The position numbers and the translations under genes were made by a program. A stretch of DNA of 64,000 bases from Cetorhinus maximus. Its lineage: Eukaryota. This document shows positions 51,599 through 63,670 of this stretch, in pieces (positions within the stretch are counted from its first letter, which is position 1; each line of letters begins with the position of its first letter). Where the stretch lies: contig NC_135881.1 of assembly GCF_964194155.1 (NCBI RefSeq), positions 17,608,001-17,672,000 on the forward strand. Reading direction: 5' to 3'. Under the pieces are notes generated by a model that worked only from the letters and a program-made list of their open reading frames with translations, was not told where the DNA came from and made no database searches.

Positions 51599-54064
51599 GT
51601 CTCGGAGACAAAGCCAGACCTTTCGGAGGCTCTTCCACATTCAAAGGGTGGTAGAGGTTTGGCACTCTGCTTGGCAAACAGCACTTACTGCTAGATCAAT
51701 TGTTAATTTTAAAATGGAGGTTGATAGATTTTTTTTTAAACCAAATATATTAAAGGATATGGGGAAAAGGCAGGTAGGTGGAGTTAGGTCACAGATCAAT
51801 CATGAGCATATTGAATGACAGAATGGGATTGAGGGGCCAAATGTTCCTAAATGCTCGTGAGGGTTTTCCCGATACCATGTATTTTTACATCCCCCCCCCC
51901 CGCAATAAAGGGTAAAAGTGTGGCTCCAAATCATAACTGGTCTGCATCAGGATCATCTCCCTTCAAAAGGAAACCATAAGTGGTGGAAATTTTAAATACA
52001 ATCTTAGAATACTAAAGCTATAAAGGAGCTCTGGCAACATCTGTAATGGGAACAGACAGCCATTGCTTTGGAGAGAGAGAAAAAAAAAAGCTCTTCTTCC
52101 TCTCAAGTCTGAATGTTTAGGCAATTCTTAGGATACCTACTGAGCCCTGATTCCTCTTCAGTTCATGACCATCTCTCCACCTAGCCTCACATCCAATGGG
52201 CACATACACTGCATGAATAATGCTGACAGAGCCAAGGATGAAGTTGAAAAATTCCTAGAAGACTTAGTAGGTTCGGCGCTCAAAAGTGTCCAACCCAACA
52301 CAGAGCTGCAAACAATGAAGCCAACAGAATACTGAACAATATAACTGAAACAGAACGCAAGAAAGAGCAGGTCATGATCAAACTCTACTGAGCTCCGGTT
52401 AGACCACAGCTCGAGTACTACCACAAAGTCTGGTGTTACCAAGGCTATATTCTAAGAACTTCCCTTGTAATGGGGTTGAGCAATGTAGCTGTAAAAGCCA
52501 TCTTGCACAGATGTGAGCAGTGGGTCATTTTTAACAGCAATCTTTCAGTTCTAATAATGTCGATCATGATATAGTTTAGACGAGTAGGGAAAATGAGTTC
52601 TGATTACTTGTAGAATTTGACATTTGTTCAATGTTAAGGAGTTTTAAGATATGTAGAACAGTGGGGGGGGGGGCGCTGTGGGGAGAAGAATTTTCTTTCA
52701 AAAGAGAGAGAGAGTTGTCATGATCTGGAAAGCACAACTTGAAAGGGTGAAGGAATCAGATTCAACTGTAAATTTCAAAAAGGGATTGAATAAATACTTG
52801 AAGAGGAAAGATTTGGAGGGCAACAAGGAAAAAGCGAGAGAGCAGTGCTAGCTCTTTCAAACAGGTGGCACAGGCACCATGGGCCATGTGAGCTCCTCTT
52901 GTTCTGTATTATTCTATTGTCAGACACCAGGTAGAACACTAAAACATCGTCACTGTACAGTGCTACAAGGCTGATTCTCAGCCTTATGAGATCTCAGTTA
53001 CGAGGAAAGACTGGAAATACTTTGGTTCTTCTGGCTCCATAGGAGAAGTCCCAAGAAGTGATCTGATAGAGGTATACAAGAGTGAGAGCTCTATGGAAAA
53101 GATTAATCCAGAAAATTTACCTCAAATTAAATTGAGAGCAGGGCAAAGGATCATAGATGATATTCCCCTTAAATTCTGTCCGCTGCATGTGACTGGCTTG
53201 TTGCACTGTGTGGTCCCTTTAAGATTGACATAGTTATCTTTCAGGGAACAATCCTGTGTGCCCTGTGTGGCACATTACAGATTGCTACACAGCTTTGCAC
53301 TCGCATATAGGTTTAAATGTGTAACAGCCAACTACAGGACTAATTGCTCGTCAAAAAACGTGAGTTACAATTATGAGAATCCAGGAATTATTCAAGAACC
53401 AACTGGAGTTTGAAACAGGGTGCTTTTAGGGTCACTGAATGCATGGGCTGAATAGACCCCTTCATCAGTAATTGCCTGATGATCTTATGAAAAGGCCGTA
53501 ATTCAAAGCCTTCCTGCCTGCACAAAGGTGCTCTCTCTCAAAAAAAAGTAATTTTTCTTTGTAAGGTACGGTACCCACATCTTACCACAACTGTACAGCA
53601 ATTTTTTAAAAAAATTCTTTCATGGGATGTGGGTGTCGCTGGAAAGACCAGCATTTATCATAGCAGAGGCACAATGTACCAAAGGTAGTGACTTATCACC
53701 AAAGGAAACCTTCCACAACAGTGTCACTGGTAAGGGTGGATGCCTAAAATGTTCATACTATGTTCCCTTGAACGCTCAAGAGTCGAATTATAGATTTTTT
53801 TCTGTCCAAACACAGGTTGTGTCTGGAGACACCATTTTGATGCACAGAATAGTTGGTGATCACTAACGATGGTGGTAGGAACAATATAGCGCAAAACGTT
53901 AAAAGTATCACCGCAGAATCATATCGGGTAACATAAAAGCATTAGCTAAAGTGCAACTTATCCAATATGTCTGGTGACAGCAATTGTATCTGTGTTTTAA
54001 AAGCCTCTGGTAAACCAAAAATTAATTAAAACGCGTCTGTATCTCTTACACAAGCAAGACTTAC

Positions 54065-54145
54065 CAGCCTAGTATTTCCTATGGCGAGGATGAAGTCAAA
54101 GAATGGCTCCAAGCCTGCAATTTGGGCTGGGGAGTTATCTTGTAT
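54065..54145 (-). CDS. GORASP1: GORASP1 exon 2, [27 protein letters not shown] (PDZ1 of the GRASP domain)
   Basis: Manual translation; acceptor ttttgttgcAG, donor GTAAGT; 81 nt, phase 0/0; matches the GRASP motif VQENSPA..AGLEP.FDFI. Confidence 0.95.
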
Positions 54146-55236
54146 CTGCAACAAAAAAAGGTAAAAACATAAAATACCACATCGAAACTTGAATTCCGTA
54201 TTTTATCCTGAGACCAGCTGTAATGTAGATCAGGCCATTTCAGCATGTTTTCCCTATTGTTCTAAATTGTAGGCCTCTTTTTAAAAACTCATTACCAGAC
54301 AATTGGGTGTCACTGGCAAGGCAGGAATGTTTTGCCCATCCCTAGTTGCCCGCCACCTTCCTGAACCACTGCAGACCGTGTGGTGAAAGTGTTCCCACAG
54401 TGTGCTTGGGTGGTGAGTTCCAGGATTCTGACTGGACTACGATGAAGAATGGCCTGCACATATAACTTAACCAGGTTCAAAACAACTTGTCCATGCGTGA
54501 GCAGGCCTCACATTCCCCTCGATTCAGAACTCACCTGTATGCCTGATTATTTGGTCAGTGTCATAATCCTAATGTAGCAATGAAACCTCTAGCTCTTGGC
54601 GTTGAAAAAACACCCTCTACCACTTATTGTTTGTGCATTAGAGACAGGAAAAATGTCTCTGTTCGATCCAACCTACATAAAGGTGATACCTTGTGCATTA
54701 TAATTTACACATTACTTAATCTGCCCAAAACCATGTAATAAGACCATAAGACATAGGAGCAGAAATTAGGCCATTCGGCCCATCGAGTCTGCTCTGCCAT
54801 TCAATCATGGCTGATAAGTTTCGCAACCCCATTCTCCCACCTTCTCTCCTGGGAGGTGATTCTCACTCCCAATTTCAGCAGCTTTTTCGAGGGGTGAGGT
54901 GGGGGAAGTGTGTTTCGGATTTCCACTACCTTTTATGTCAAGAAGTGCTTCCAGACATCACCCCTGAACGGCCTAGCTCTATTTTTAAGGATAAGCCCCC
55001 TTGTTCTGGACTCCTCCAACAGAGAAAATAGCTTCTCTCTATCTATCCTATCAACCCCTTTCATCATCATAAACACCTCAATTAGATCACCCCTTAATCT
55101 TCCATACACTATAGATTACAAGCACCCTTCCCACGTAATTTAATCATTTTAGCCCTGGTATCATTCTGGTGAATCTACATTGCACTCCATTCAAGGCCAA
55201 TATATCCTTCCTGAGCATTAGTACCCAGAACTGAAT

Positions 55237-56040
55237 AAAAGCAAAATACTGCAGAAGCTGGAAATCTGAAACAAGAACAAAAATTGCTGGAAAAACTCAG
55301 CAGGTCTGACAGCATCTGTGGAGAGAAAGACAGAGTTAACGTTTTGAGTCCGTATGACTCTTCTTCAGAGCTAAGAGAAGTGGAAATGTGATGAAATATA
55401 AGCTGGTTGAGGGGGGTGGGACAGGTAGAGCTGGATAGAGGGCCAGTGATAGGTGGAGGCAAAGGAGAGATTGCCAAAGGTGTCATAAACAAAAGGTGAA
55501 AGGGGTGTTGACAATGGCGATATTAGCTAAAGGATGTGCTAATGGTAACATTAAGGGTGGAAAGCAGGATGAGCAAGTGACAAATGGCCCTATTATTTTT
55601 TTATTATATATTTTTCTTTTCCCACCAATTTCTATTATTATTTTTAAAATTTATTTCCATTCATTGTTTTATACCCACCTTTTAGCCTCTTTCAATCCCC
55701 TCCCCCCACCCTATCTCCACTAGGGCCATCTGTCACTTGCTCATCCTGCTTTCCACCCTTAATGTCACCATTAGCACATCCTTTAGCTAATATCACCACT
55801 GTCAACACCCCTTTGACCTTTTGTTTATGACACCTTTAGCAATCTCTCCTTTGCCTCCACCTATCACTGGCCCTCTATCCAGCTTCACCTGTCCCACCCT
55901 ACCTTAAACAGCTTATATTTCACCACATTTTATTTATCTTTAGTTCTGATGAAGTCATACGGACTCAAAATGTTAAATCTGTCCTTCTCTCCACAGATGC
56001 TGTCAGACCTGCTGAGTTTTTCCAGCAATTTTTGTTTTTG
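55237..56040. mobile_element. 804-bp PLE fold-back insertion with a perfect 14-bp TSD, inside an antisense CR1 in GORASP1 intron 1
   Basis: ACCCAGAACTGAAT at 55223-55236 and 56041-56054; inverted arms ~55270-55592 and 55721-56040. Confidence 0.9.
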
Positions 56041-56189
56041 ACCCAGAACTGAATGTTGCACTCATTTTTTTAAAATCTATCCACTAGTTTTTAGTGATTT
56101 CTGTACATGGGCCCATAAATCTCTCTGCTCTGAGCTTCTCACCATTTATACTAAAGTCTGATCTATCTTTATGATGTCTATACTCAAGG

Positions 56190-58490
56190 AAATGAGAAAT
56201 GCAGGACAGCATGCCAGAAGCACATCAGGCACACCTAAATATGAGGTCAAGGCTTGGAAATGCTACAACATAATTGCTTGGCTTGCAAAACAATGGAAGG
56301 AGCATGTGACTGACAGAGCTAAGCAAACCCACAACCAATGGATCAGACCAAAGTTCTGCAGTTCTGCCACAGCCATGAATGGCGGTGGACAATTAAGCAA
56401 CTAACACAAGCATTCCCATTCTCAACAATGGGGGAAGCCCAGCAGGTCAGTACAAAGACAAGTCTGAAACATTCACCACCATCTTCAGCCAGAAGTGCTG
56501 AGTGGATGATCCACCTCAGCCTCCTCTGGAGGTCCCCAGCATCACAGAGGCCAGTCTTCAGCCAATTCAATTCACCCCACGTGATATCAAGAAACGGCTG
56601 AAGGCACTGGATACTGCAAAGGCTATGGGCCCTGACAACATTCCAGCAATAGCACTTAAGATTTGTGCTCCAGAACTACTAGCACCACTATCCAAGCTGT
56701 TCCAGTACAGCTACAACAATAGCATCTATCTGGAAGTGTGGATAAATGCCCAGGTATGTCCCATCCACAAAAAGCAGGACAAATCCAACCTGGCCAATTA
56801 CCACCCCAACCCCGTCTACTCTCGATCATCAGCAAAGTGATGGAAGGGGTCATCAACAGTGCTATCAAGTGGCACTTACTCAGCACTAACCTGTCCACCA
56901 ATGTTCAGTTTGGGTTTCAGCAGGACCGCTTGGCTCCAGACCTCATTACAGCCTTGATCCAAACATGGACAAAAGAGCGGAATTCCAGGGGTGAAGTGAG
57001 AGTGACTGACATTGACATCATGGCAGCATTTGACAGAGTGTAACATCAAGGAGCCCTAGCAAAACTGGAGTCAATGCGAATCAGGGGGAAAATTCTCCAC
57101 TGGTTGGAGCCATACCCAACGCAAAGGAAGATGGTTATGGTTGTTGGACATCAATCATCTCAGTCCCAGAGCATCACTGGAGTTCTTCTGGGTAGTGTCC
57201 TAGGCCCAACCATCTTCAGCTGTGGTGAGACGTGGGGATGTTCACTGAAGATTGCACAATGTTCAGTATCATTCATGACTCCTTAGATACTGAAGCAGTC
57301 CATGTCCAAATGCAGAAAGACCTGGACAACATTCAAGCGTGTGCTGATAAGTAGAAAGCAACATTTGCGCCACTCAAGTGCCAGGCAATGATCATCTCCA
57401 ACAAGAGAGAATCTAACCATCTCCCCTTGACTTTCAGTGGCATTACCATCACTGAATCCCCATCAACATCCTGAGGGTCACCATTGTTACTCACAATAAG
57501 AGGTTGTGGCGGAAGAATTAATCCAGGCAGGTCTCTTGGTTAAAGCTGGTTTATTTCCAAGACAATTCCTCAGTGCCACTAACTTTCTAGTAGCTTCCAC
57601 ACAAAGTGTTCCAGCTGTACCTTTTTATTCTATTCAGTTGGAATAATTAATGCCCATCACCTGTTTAACTACCAATTGGTTTTAACAAGATGATTGCCAT
57701 ATTAACAACCATTGATCAGAAAAGCAAGTGGAATTGCCATATAAATACTGTGGCTACAGCTGTGGCTCAGTTCATAGCACCCTCACCTTTGAATCAGAAG
57801 GTTGTGGGTTCATGTCCCACTCCCGGAAACCAAGAACTGTGAATGTACTCGAAAGAGTTACATGCGATCTGTTGATAACTCGAAAGAGTTACAATAGATT
57901 AGAAGCTGGGAATTCACCTCCTGATTCCCCAAAGCCTGTCCACCATCTACAACGCACGAGTCAGGAGTGTGATGGAATACTCTCAACTTGCCTGGATGAT
58001 TCAGCTCCAGTACTCAGCTCGGCACCATCCAGGACAAAGCAGCCCACTTGATTGGCACACCACCTACCATCTTAAACATTCAATCCCACCATTACCAACA
58101 CACAGTAGCAGCAGTGTGTGCCATCTACAAGACGCAGAAAACACACAGTAGCAGCAGTATGTGCCATCTACAAGACGCAGAAACTCACCAAGTCACTTTC
58201 GACAGCACATTCAAAATGCAGAACCTCGGCAGCCTAGAAGTTCAAAGGTAGCAGACACATTGGAACACCTCCACCTGAAATTTCCCCTCTGAAGCACACA
58301 AAATCCTGACTTGGAACTATTTTGCCATTCCTTCACTGTCACTGGAACTTCCACCTAAACAGTACTGTCAGTGTACCGACACCACATCGACTGCAGTGGC
58401 TCAAGGCAGCTCACCACCAAGGGCAACTGGGGATGGGCAATAAATGCTGGCCTTGCCAGCAATGCTCACATCACATGAACGAATAAAAAA
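56190..58490 (+). mobile_element. CR1-like LINE (second lineage) ORF2 and 3' tail, with nested solo LTR and SINE head
   Basis: 'LDTAKAMGPDNIPAIALKICAPEL..PLSKLFQYS', 'QFGFQQ', tail GGGCAATAAATGCTGGCC...TGAACGAAT. Confidence 0.88.
57485..57707 (-). mobile_element. Short solo LTR (223 bp) with a perfect 5-bp TSD
   Basis: TGTTA...TAACA termini; ACCAT at 57480-57484 and 57708-57712; AATAAA on -. Confidence 0.8.
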
Positions 58491-59039
58491 CAACCCAAGT
58501 TTGCACCTTCTACTTTGGAGATAATTCTGTTTAATGTTTCTATCTACATGAATATCGGGTTCCTATTTGCTTGACGGTTGCTAAAAACCAAAAATCAAGA
58601 CCTAGCCGGAAGCACATTTGAGGCACAGCGCCTCCTAATACTGGACCAAGAACAGCACAGGATGAGTTATCTGATCCTGACCCAAGGCTGGAACCGTTAC
58701 AGAGCACGTATGAAACCTAAATCCTCCCAGTCCTACAAACAAGTGAGACCATCAGCTCTGACTCTCCAATCGTGCTTCGCGTTGACTTCACCAGTCTCAC
58801 CTCAAGTCAGCCAAACACGAGCAGCAGTCAAGATGAAAGTTCCTAAAAACACCTACTTCCCGTAGGGGTACACTTCCCTGGGCAATGCTGTCCATCCTAC
58901 ATTCCAACAGCGTTCACATTTCATGTAGTTCGTTTGCCCCTGTGGGACCTCTTGAAAAAGGTGTTATACAAAAGTAGTCCATCTTTTACTATAGGAGACT
59001 AGTCTTGTGTGACCCGAGATAACGAATATTAGCAGGCGA

Positions 59040-59680
59040 TGCAACAACAACTTACACTTATATAGTTCCTATAATATAATAATGTCCCAAGGTGCTTCAA
59101 AGGAGTGTTATGAGGCAAACACTGACACCTAGCCGCATAAAGAGATAGGAGGACAGAAAGCCAATAGCTTGATCAAAGAGTTTTAAGCGCTGTCTTAAAG
59201 AAGCAAAGAGAGGTAAAGAGATTTAAAGAGGGAATTCCAGAGCTTAGGACCTTGGCAGCTGAAGATATGGTGGAGCGATTAAAATTGGGATGCTCAAGAG
59301 GCAAGAATTAAAGAAGCACAGATATCTTGGAGGGCTGTGGACTTGGAGGAAACCTCAAGAGTGAGAATTTTAAAAGCGAGGGTTGCTTATGCAGGAACCA
59401 ACGTAGGTCAGCGAGCATGGGATGAAGCGTGAACAGGAGTTAAGGCAAGTATGGACGCAGGCAGCAGAGTATGGGTGAGATTAAGTTTACAGAGGGTAGA
59501 ATGTGGGAGGCCAGCCAGTGGGAGGAGTGTGTTGGAACAATCCAGTCTGGAGGTAACAAAGACATGGGTGAACGTTTTAGCGGATGAACTGCAGCAGGGA
59601 CAAAGTTACAGAGCTGCAAATAGGCAGTCCTCGTGTGGTCAGAAGCTCATCTCAAGGTCAAACATGACACTATGGTTACA
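59040..59680 (-). mobile_element. L2 LINE 3' fragment
   Basis: Reverse complement homologous to 22500-23400 (FVTSRLDCSN); L2-type tail. Confidence 0.75.
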
Positions 59681-60114
59681 GCTGTGGAAAGTCACTAACC
59701 GAGCATAGCCCTGGACTCCAGAGTGAGTGTGCGTGTGTGCGCGCGCACAGGCTACAGAGTCCAAGCAGAGTCAGGAGTGAGAACCCCGACTTATTTTCTC
59801 TTTCATCCAAAGTTTGGAAATTACTAAGAGTGCACAACGCCCACCCTTGGTTCATCTCAAAATGGGGTGAAGCAAAGTCAGATTGGACAGGAGATAAATC
59901 TGGAACTTTCTTGGTCTCCATCTCCACACTGCTTATTCCATTTTGACTACAGACACTGGAGTTACTGGCAGTCACGGGCAGGTGGGCACCAGTGTTCCTC
60001 CATAGTGATGCAGATGCCTGCCTGTTTATGTAAATGAGGTCTCCACCCACTGACCCCCTGAGACTCTGGTCTGGGCAGAGGATGTGAGCCGAGGGCAGTG
60101 TTCTCAATTTTGTG

Positions 60115-60510
60115 TCAGCTGTGGCTCAACCGATAGCGCCCCTCACCTCTTGGTCTCAAGGTTCTGGGTTCAAGCCCTACTCCAGGGCTCGAGCACAAAA
60201 ATCAAGGCTGACACTCCAGTACAGTACTGCACTGCCGGTCAGAGGTGCCATCTTTCGTTTGAGATGTGGATGTAAAAGATCCCATGGCAAGATTTCAAAG
60301 AAGAGCAGGGGAGTTATCCAGGTGTCCCGGCCAATATTTATTTCACACATAAAAACAAATTATCTGGTCATTATCACATTGCTGTTTGCAGGAGTTTGCT
60401 GCACACAAATTGGCTGCATTTCCTACATTACAACGGTTACTATAATTTAAAAGTGCTTCATTGGCTGTAAAGCACTTTGAGACATCCTGTGGTCGCTATA
60501 TAAATGCAAG
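60115..60510 (+). mobile_element. Full-length tRNA-derived Deu-domain SINE (SacSINE1-like)
   Basis: A-box TGGCTCAACCG, B-box GGTTCAAGCCC, central GTAAAAGATCCCATGGC...CCGGCCAATATTTA, L2-like tail GCTATATAAATGCAAG. Confidence 0.75.
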
Positions 60511-60544
60511 TTTTTCTTTTTTTTTTACTTAACATCTAAGCTGC

Positions 60545-61865
60545 CAGCCTCTACAGCCCTCTGCGGTAAAGAATTCCACAGATTAACTACCCTCAGAAGA
60601 AATTCCTCCTCATCTTTGTCTTAAATGGGTGCCCCCTCACTCTGAGATTATGCCCTCTGGTCCTAGACTCTCCCACAAGGGGAAACAACTTCTCAGCATC
60701 TACCCGGTCAAGCCCCCTAAGAATCTTATATGTTTCAATAAAGTCGCCTCTCATTCTTCTAAATTCCAACGAGTACAAGCCCAACCTACTCAACCTCTCC
60801 TCATAAGAAAATCCCTCCATACCTGGGATCAACCTAGTGAACCTTCTCTGGACTGCCTCCAATGCCAGTATGTCTTTCCTTAGATAAGGGGACTAAAGCT
60901 GTTCACAGTATTGTAGTTGTGGTCTAACTAGTGCCTTGTATAGTTTTAGCAAGACTTCCCTATTTTTATACTCCATTCTCTTTGAAATAAAGGCCAACAT
61001 TCCATTTGCCACAACAAAAATAATAATACCTGGAAAAACTCAGCAGGTCTAACAGCATCTGCGGAGAGGAACACAGTTAACGTTTCGAGTCCGTATGACT
61101 CTTCAACAGAACTAAGGAAAAATAGAAGAGAGGTGAAATGGTTTAAGGGGGGGTGGGACAAGTAGAGCTGGATAGAGGGCCAGTGATAGGTGGAGATAGC
61201 CAAAAGATGTCATAGACAAAAGGACAAAGAGGTGTTGAAGGTGGTGATATTATTTAAGGAATGTGCTAATAGGTGACATTAAGGGTAGAAAGCAGGATGA
61301 GCAAGGTACAGATAGCCCTAGTGGGGGTGGGAAGGGATCGAAATAGGCTAAAAGGTAGAGATAAAACAATGGATGGAAATACATTTAAAAATAATGGAAA
61401 TAGGTGGGGAAAGAAAAATCTATATAAATTATTGGAAAAAAGGGGGATCGGAAAGGCGGTGGGGATGGGGGTGAGAGTTAATTTGCCTTACCTCTTATCT
61501 GCTGAACTTGTATGTTAGCTTTTTGAGATTCATGTACAAGGATTCCTAAATCCCTGTACTGCAGCTTTCTGCAGTCTTTCTCCATTTAAATAATATTCAG
61601 CTTCTCTATTCTTCCTGCTAAAGTGCATAACCTCACATTTTCCCACATTACACTCCATCTGCCAAGTTTTTGCCCACTCACTTAACCTGTCTATATCCCT
61701 CTGCAGGCACTTTGTTTCATCCTCACCACTTGCCTTCCCACCTATTTTTGCGTCATCCGCAAACTTGGCGATAGTACATTCATTTCCCTCATCCAAGTCA
61801 TTAATATATATTGTGAATAAAGGCGGCCCCAGCACTGATCCCTGTGGCACTCCACTAGTTACACC
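60545..61865 (-). mobile_element. CR1 RT fragment with a PLE insertion at 61011-61480
   Basis: 'PQGSVLGPPLFTIYINDL...KFADDAK', 'YEERLSRLGL'; ATTTGCC repeated at 61004-61010 and 61481-61487. Confidence 0.9.
61075..61113 (-). ncRNA. Minimal hammerhead-ribozyme motif (core variant CUGUUGA)
   Basis: AGUU-CUGUUGA-A-GAGUC-AUACG-GACUC-GAAACGUU-AACU; perfect stems I and II, palindromic ACGU in place of stem III. Confidence 0.6.
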
Positions 61866-62866
61866 GATTTTTTATCCATAATGCCTTATTCCAGTTTACA
61901 ACATATGCCTGAATTTTTCCAACACGCCTCGTGACTCACCTCTTCTTGCATACCGGTTGCTTCCTGAAACCCACAAATACACCAGCTACTGCATTTCACC
62001 TATCTGGCGCCACACATCTCAAATCATGTTTGTCAAACACCCAACCTTTAAGAAATTGAGGCCTCAATGAACCTATATATCCCCAAACGCTCACTAACTT
62101 CACCTTGAATTACGGACTCTGAAATTTCACACACCACTTCGGTGGGACTAACTTCTCCATGGTTACCTGACTTTACCTCTGCTTTCTTTAACAAAGGTGC
62201 CACATCAGCAAACCCCTAGACTCCAGCACTGAGGAGTTTGTGGATATTTCACAAGTTTTCAAAAGCTATCAAACATGACAGGTTCTCCCAAACTCATTCA
62301 AAAATGACTTAATGTTCAATGATTTCATATGGTCTTTAATTAAATTAAGGATTTTTTTTTTTTTTAAAGCTAAAAAGCTAATCAACAACCAGCAAAACAT
62401 TATAGTCTGCATCAGCCAGGTCTATTGGGCTGGTCTGGGGGGGAAAAAATATTTTGCATCTCAAAGTTTTGTTATTTTTAGGCTTTTAATGAATTTCATT
62501 TTGGAGAAGGGGGGGAAATTCATTAAAGAAAAGCTTTAAAGCAGCTGAAGCAATAATATATTAAAAATAAAACAACTTTCTTAAATGTTCAGGACTGAGG
62601 ACAGGTTGCGAATGTGTCGATGTTTCTGTGACTTGCTGACAGCAGCGAGACCCACCTGGAGACAGCTCAGTCCCTCCCGCCCGGCCCTAGGCCCCAGGGT
62701 GACCCCCCCGGGAGAGTGACCGGAGCGGCCTCCACTCACACCGGGGGCAGGACCGAGTGATTTACCGGGACACCCGGCCCCCCGCCGGCGGGAGACCCGT
62801 AAGTTGCCACCCCCCCCCCCCCGGTATCACCCCGGCCCGGCTCCCCGCCCCTCTTCCTCTACCCAC

Positions 62867-62914
62867 CCCGTACACATGGTAGCCCTCGTTGCTGCTGCTC
62901 TGGGAGCCTCCCAT
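62867..62914 (-). CDS. GORASP1: GORASP1 (GRASP65) coding exon 1, MGGSQSSSNEGYHVYG
   Basis: ATG at 62914 in context AGGATGG inside a CpG island; MGxxxS N-myristoylation motif; matches the GRASP start 'EGY/FHxHG'; donor GGG|GTGGGT, phase 0, 48 nt. Confidence 0.9.
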
Positions 62915-62998
62915 CCTCAGGCTCGGTTCCCGCCGGCTCGGTGCTGCTCAGTCGCTCTTACACTTCTCTCCGACCGCCTACTTTTCGTCTCGACCGAG

Positions 62999-63670
62999 GC
63001 CCGACTCCGGCAACATCGCCCCCTCCCGCCCCGACTCCGGCAACATCGCCCCCTCCCGCCCCGACTCCGGCAACATCGCCCCCTCCCGCCCCGACTCCGG
63101 CAACGTCGCCCCCTCCCGCCCGACTCCGGCAACATCGCCCCCTCCCGCCCGACTCCGGCAACATTGCCTCCTCCCTTTCGACGCTGGTAATATCGCCCAC
63201 TCCCTTTCGACTCCGCCAACTTCACCCCTTCCCGCCCGACTCCGGCAACTTCGCCCCCTCCCGCCCGACTCCGGCAACATTGCCTCCTCCCTTTCGACTC
63301 CGGGAACATCGCCCCCTCCCGCCCGACTCCGGGAAAATCGCCCCCTTCCGCCCGACTCCGGGAACATCGCCCCCTTCCGCCCGACTCCGGGAACATTGCC
63401 TCCTCCCTTTCGACTCTGGTAATATCGCCCACTCCCTTTCGACTCCGGCAACTTCGCCCCTTCCCGCCCGACTCCGGCAACTTCGCCCCTCCCTCCCGAC
63501 TCCGGCAACGTCGCCCCCTCCTCCCCGACTCCGGCAACGTCGCCCCCTCCCTCACGAATCTGGCAGCATTGCCTCCTCCCTTTCGACTCTGGTAACAGCG
63601 CCCCCTCCCGCCCGACTCCGGCAACGTCGCCCCCTCCCGCCCGACTCCGGCCACGTCGCCCCCCCCCCCG
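62999..63670. repeat. GC-rich minisatellite, 29-31-bp unit (CCCGACTCCGGCAACATCGCCCCCTCCCG), about 22 copies
   Basis: Directly visible tandem units, with an interspersed variant ATTGCCTCCTCCCTTTCGAC. Confidence 0.95.

Noticed and set aside
60115-60190. tRNA gene (also ~5665-5740, ~17230-17300, ~57755-57825)
   Set aside because: A/B boxes without a full cloverleaf; the copies at 17230 and 60115 continue into SINE bodies, so these are SINE heads
31895-62914. Assignment as GORASP2 (GRASP55)
   Set aside because: Diagnostic segments ([43 protein letters not shown]) match GORASP1
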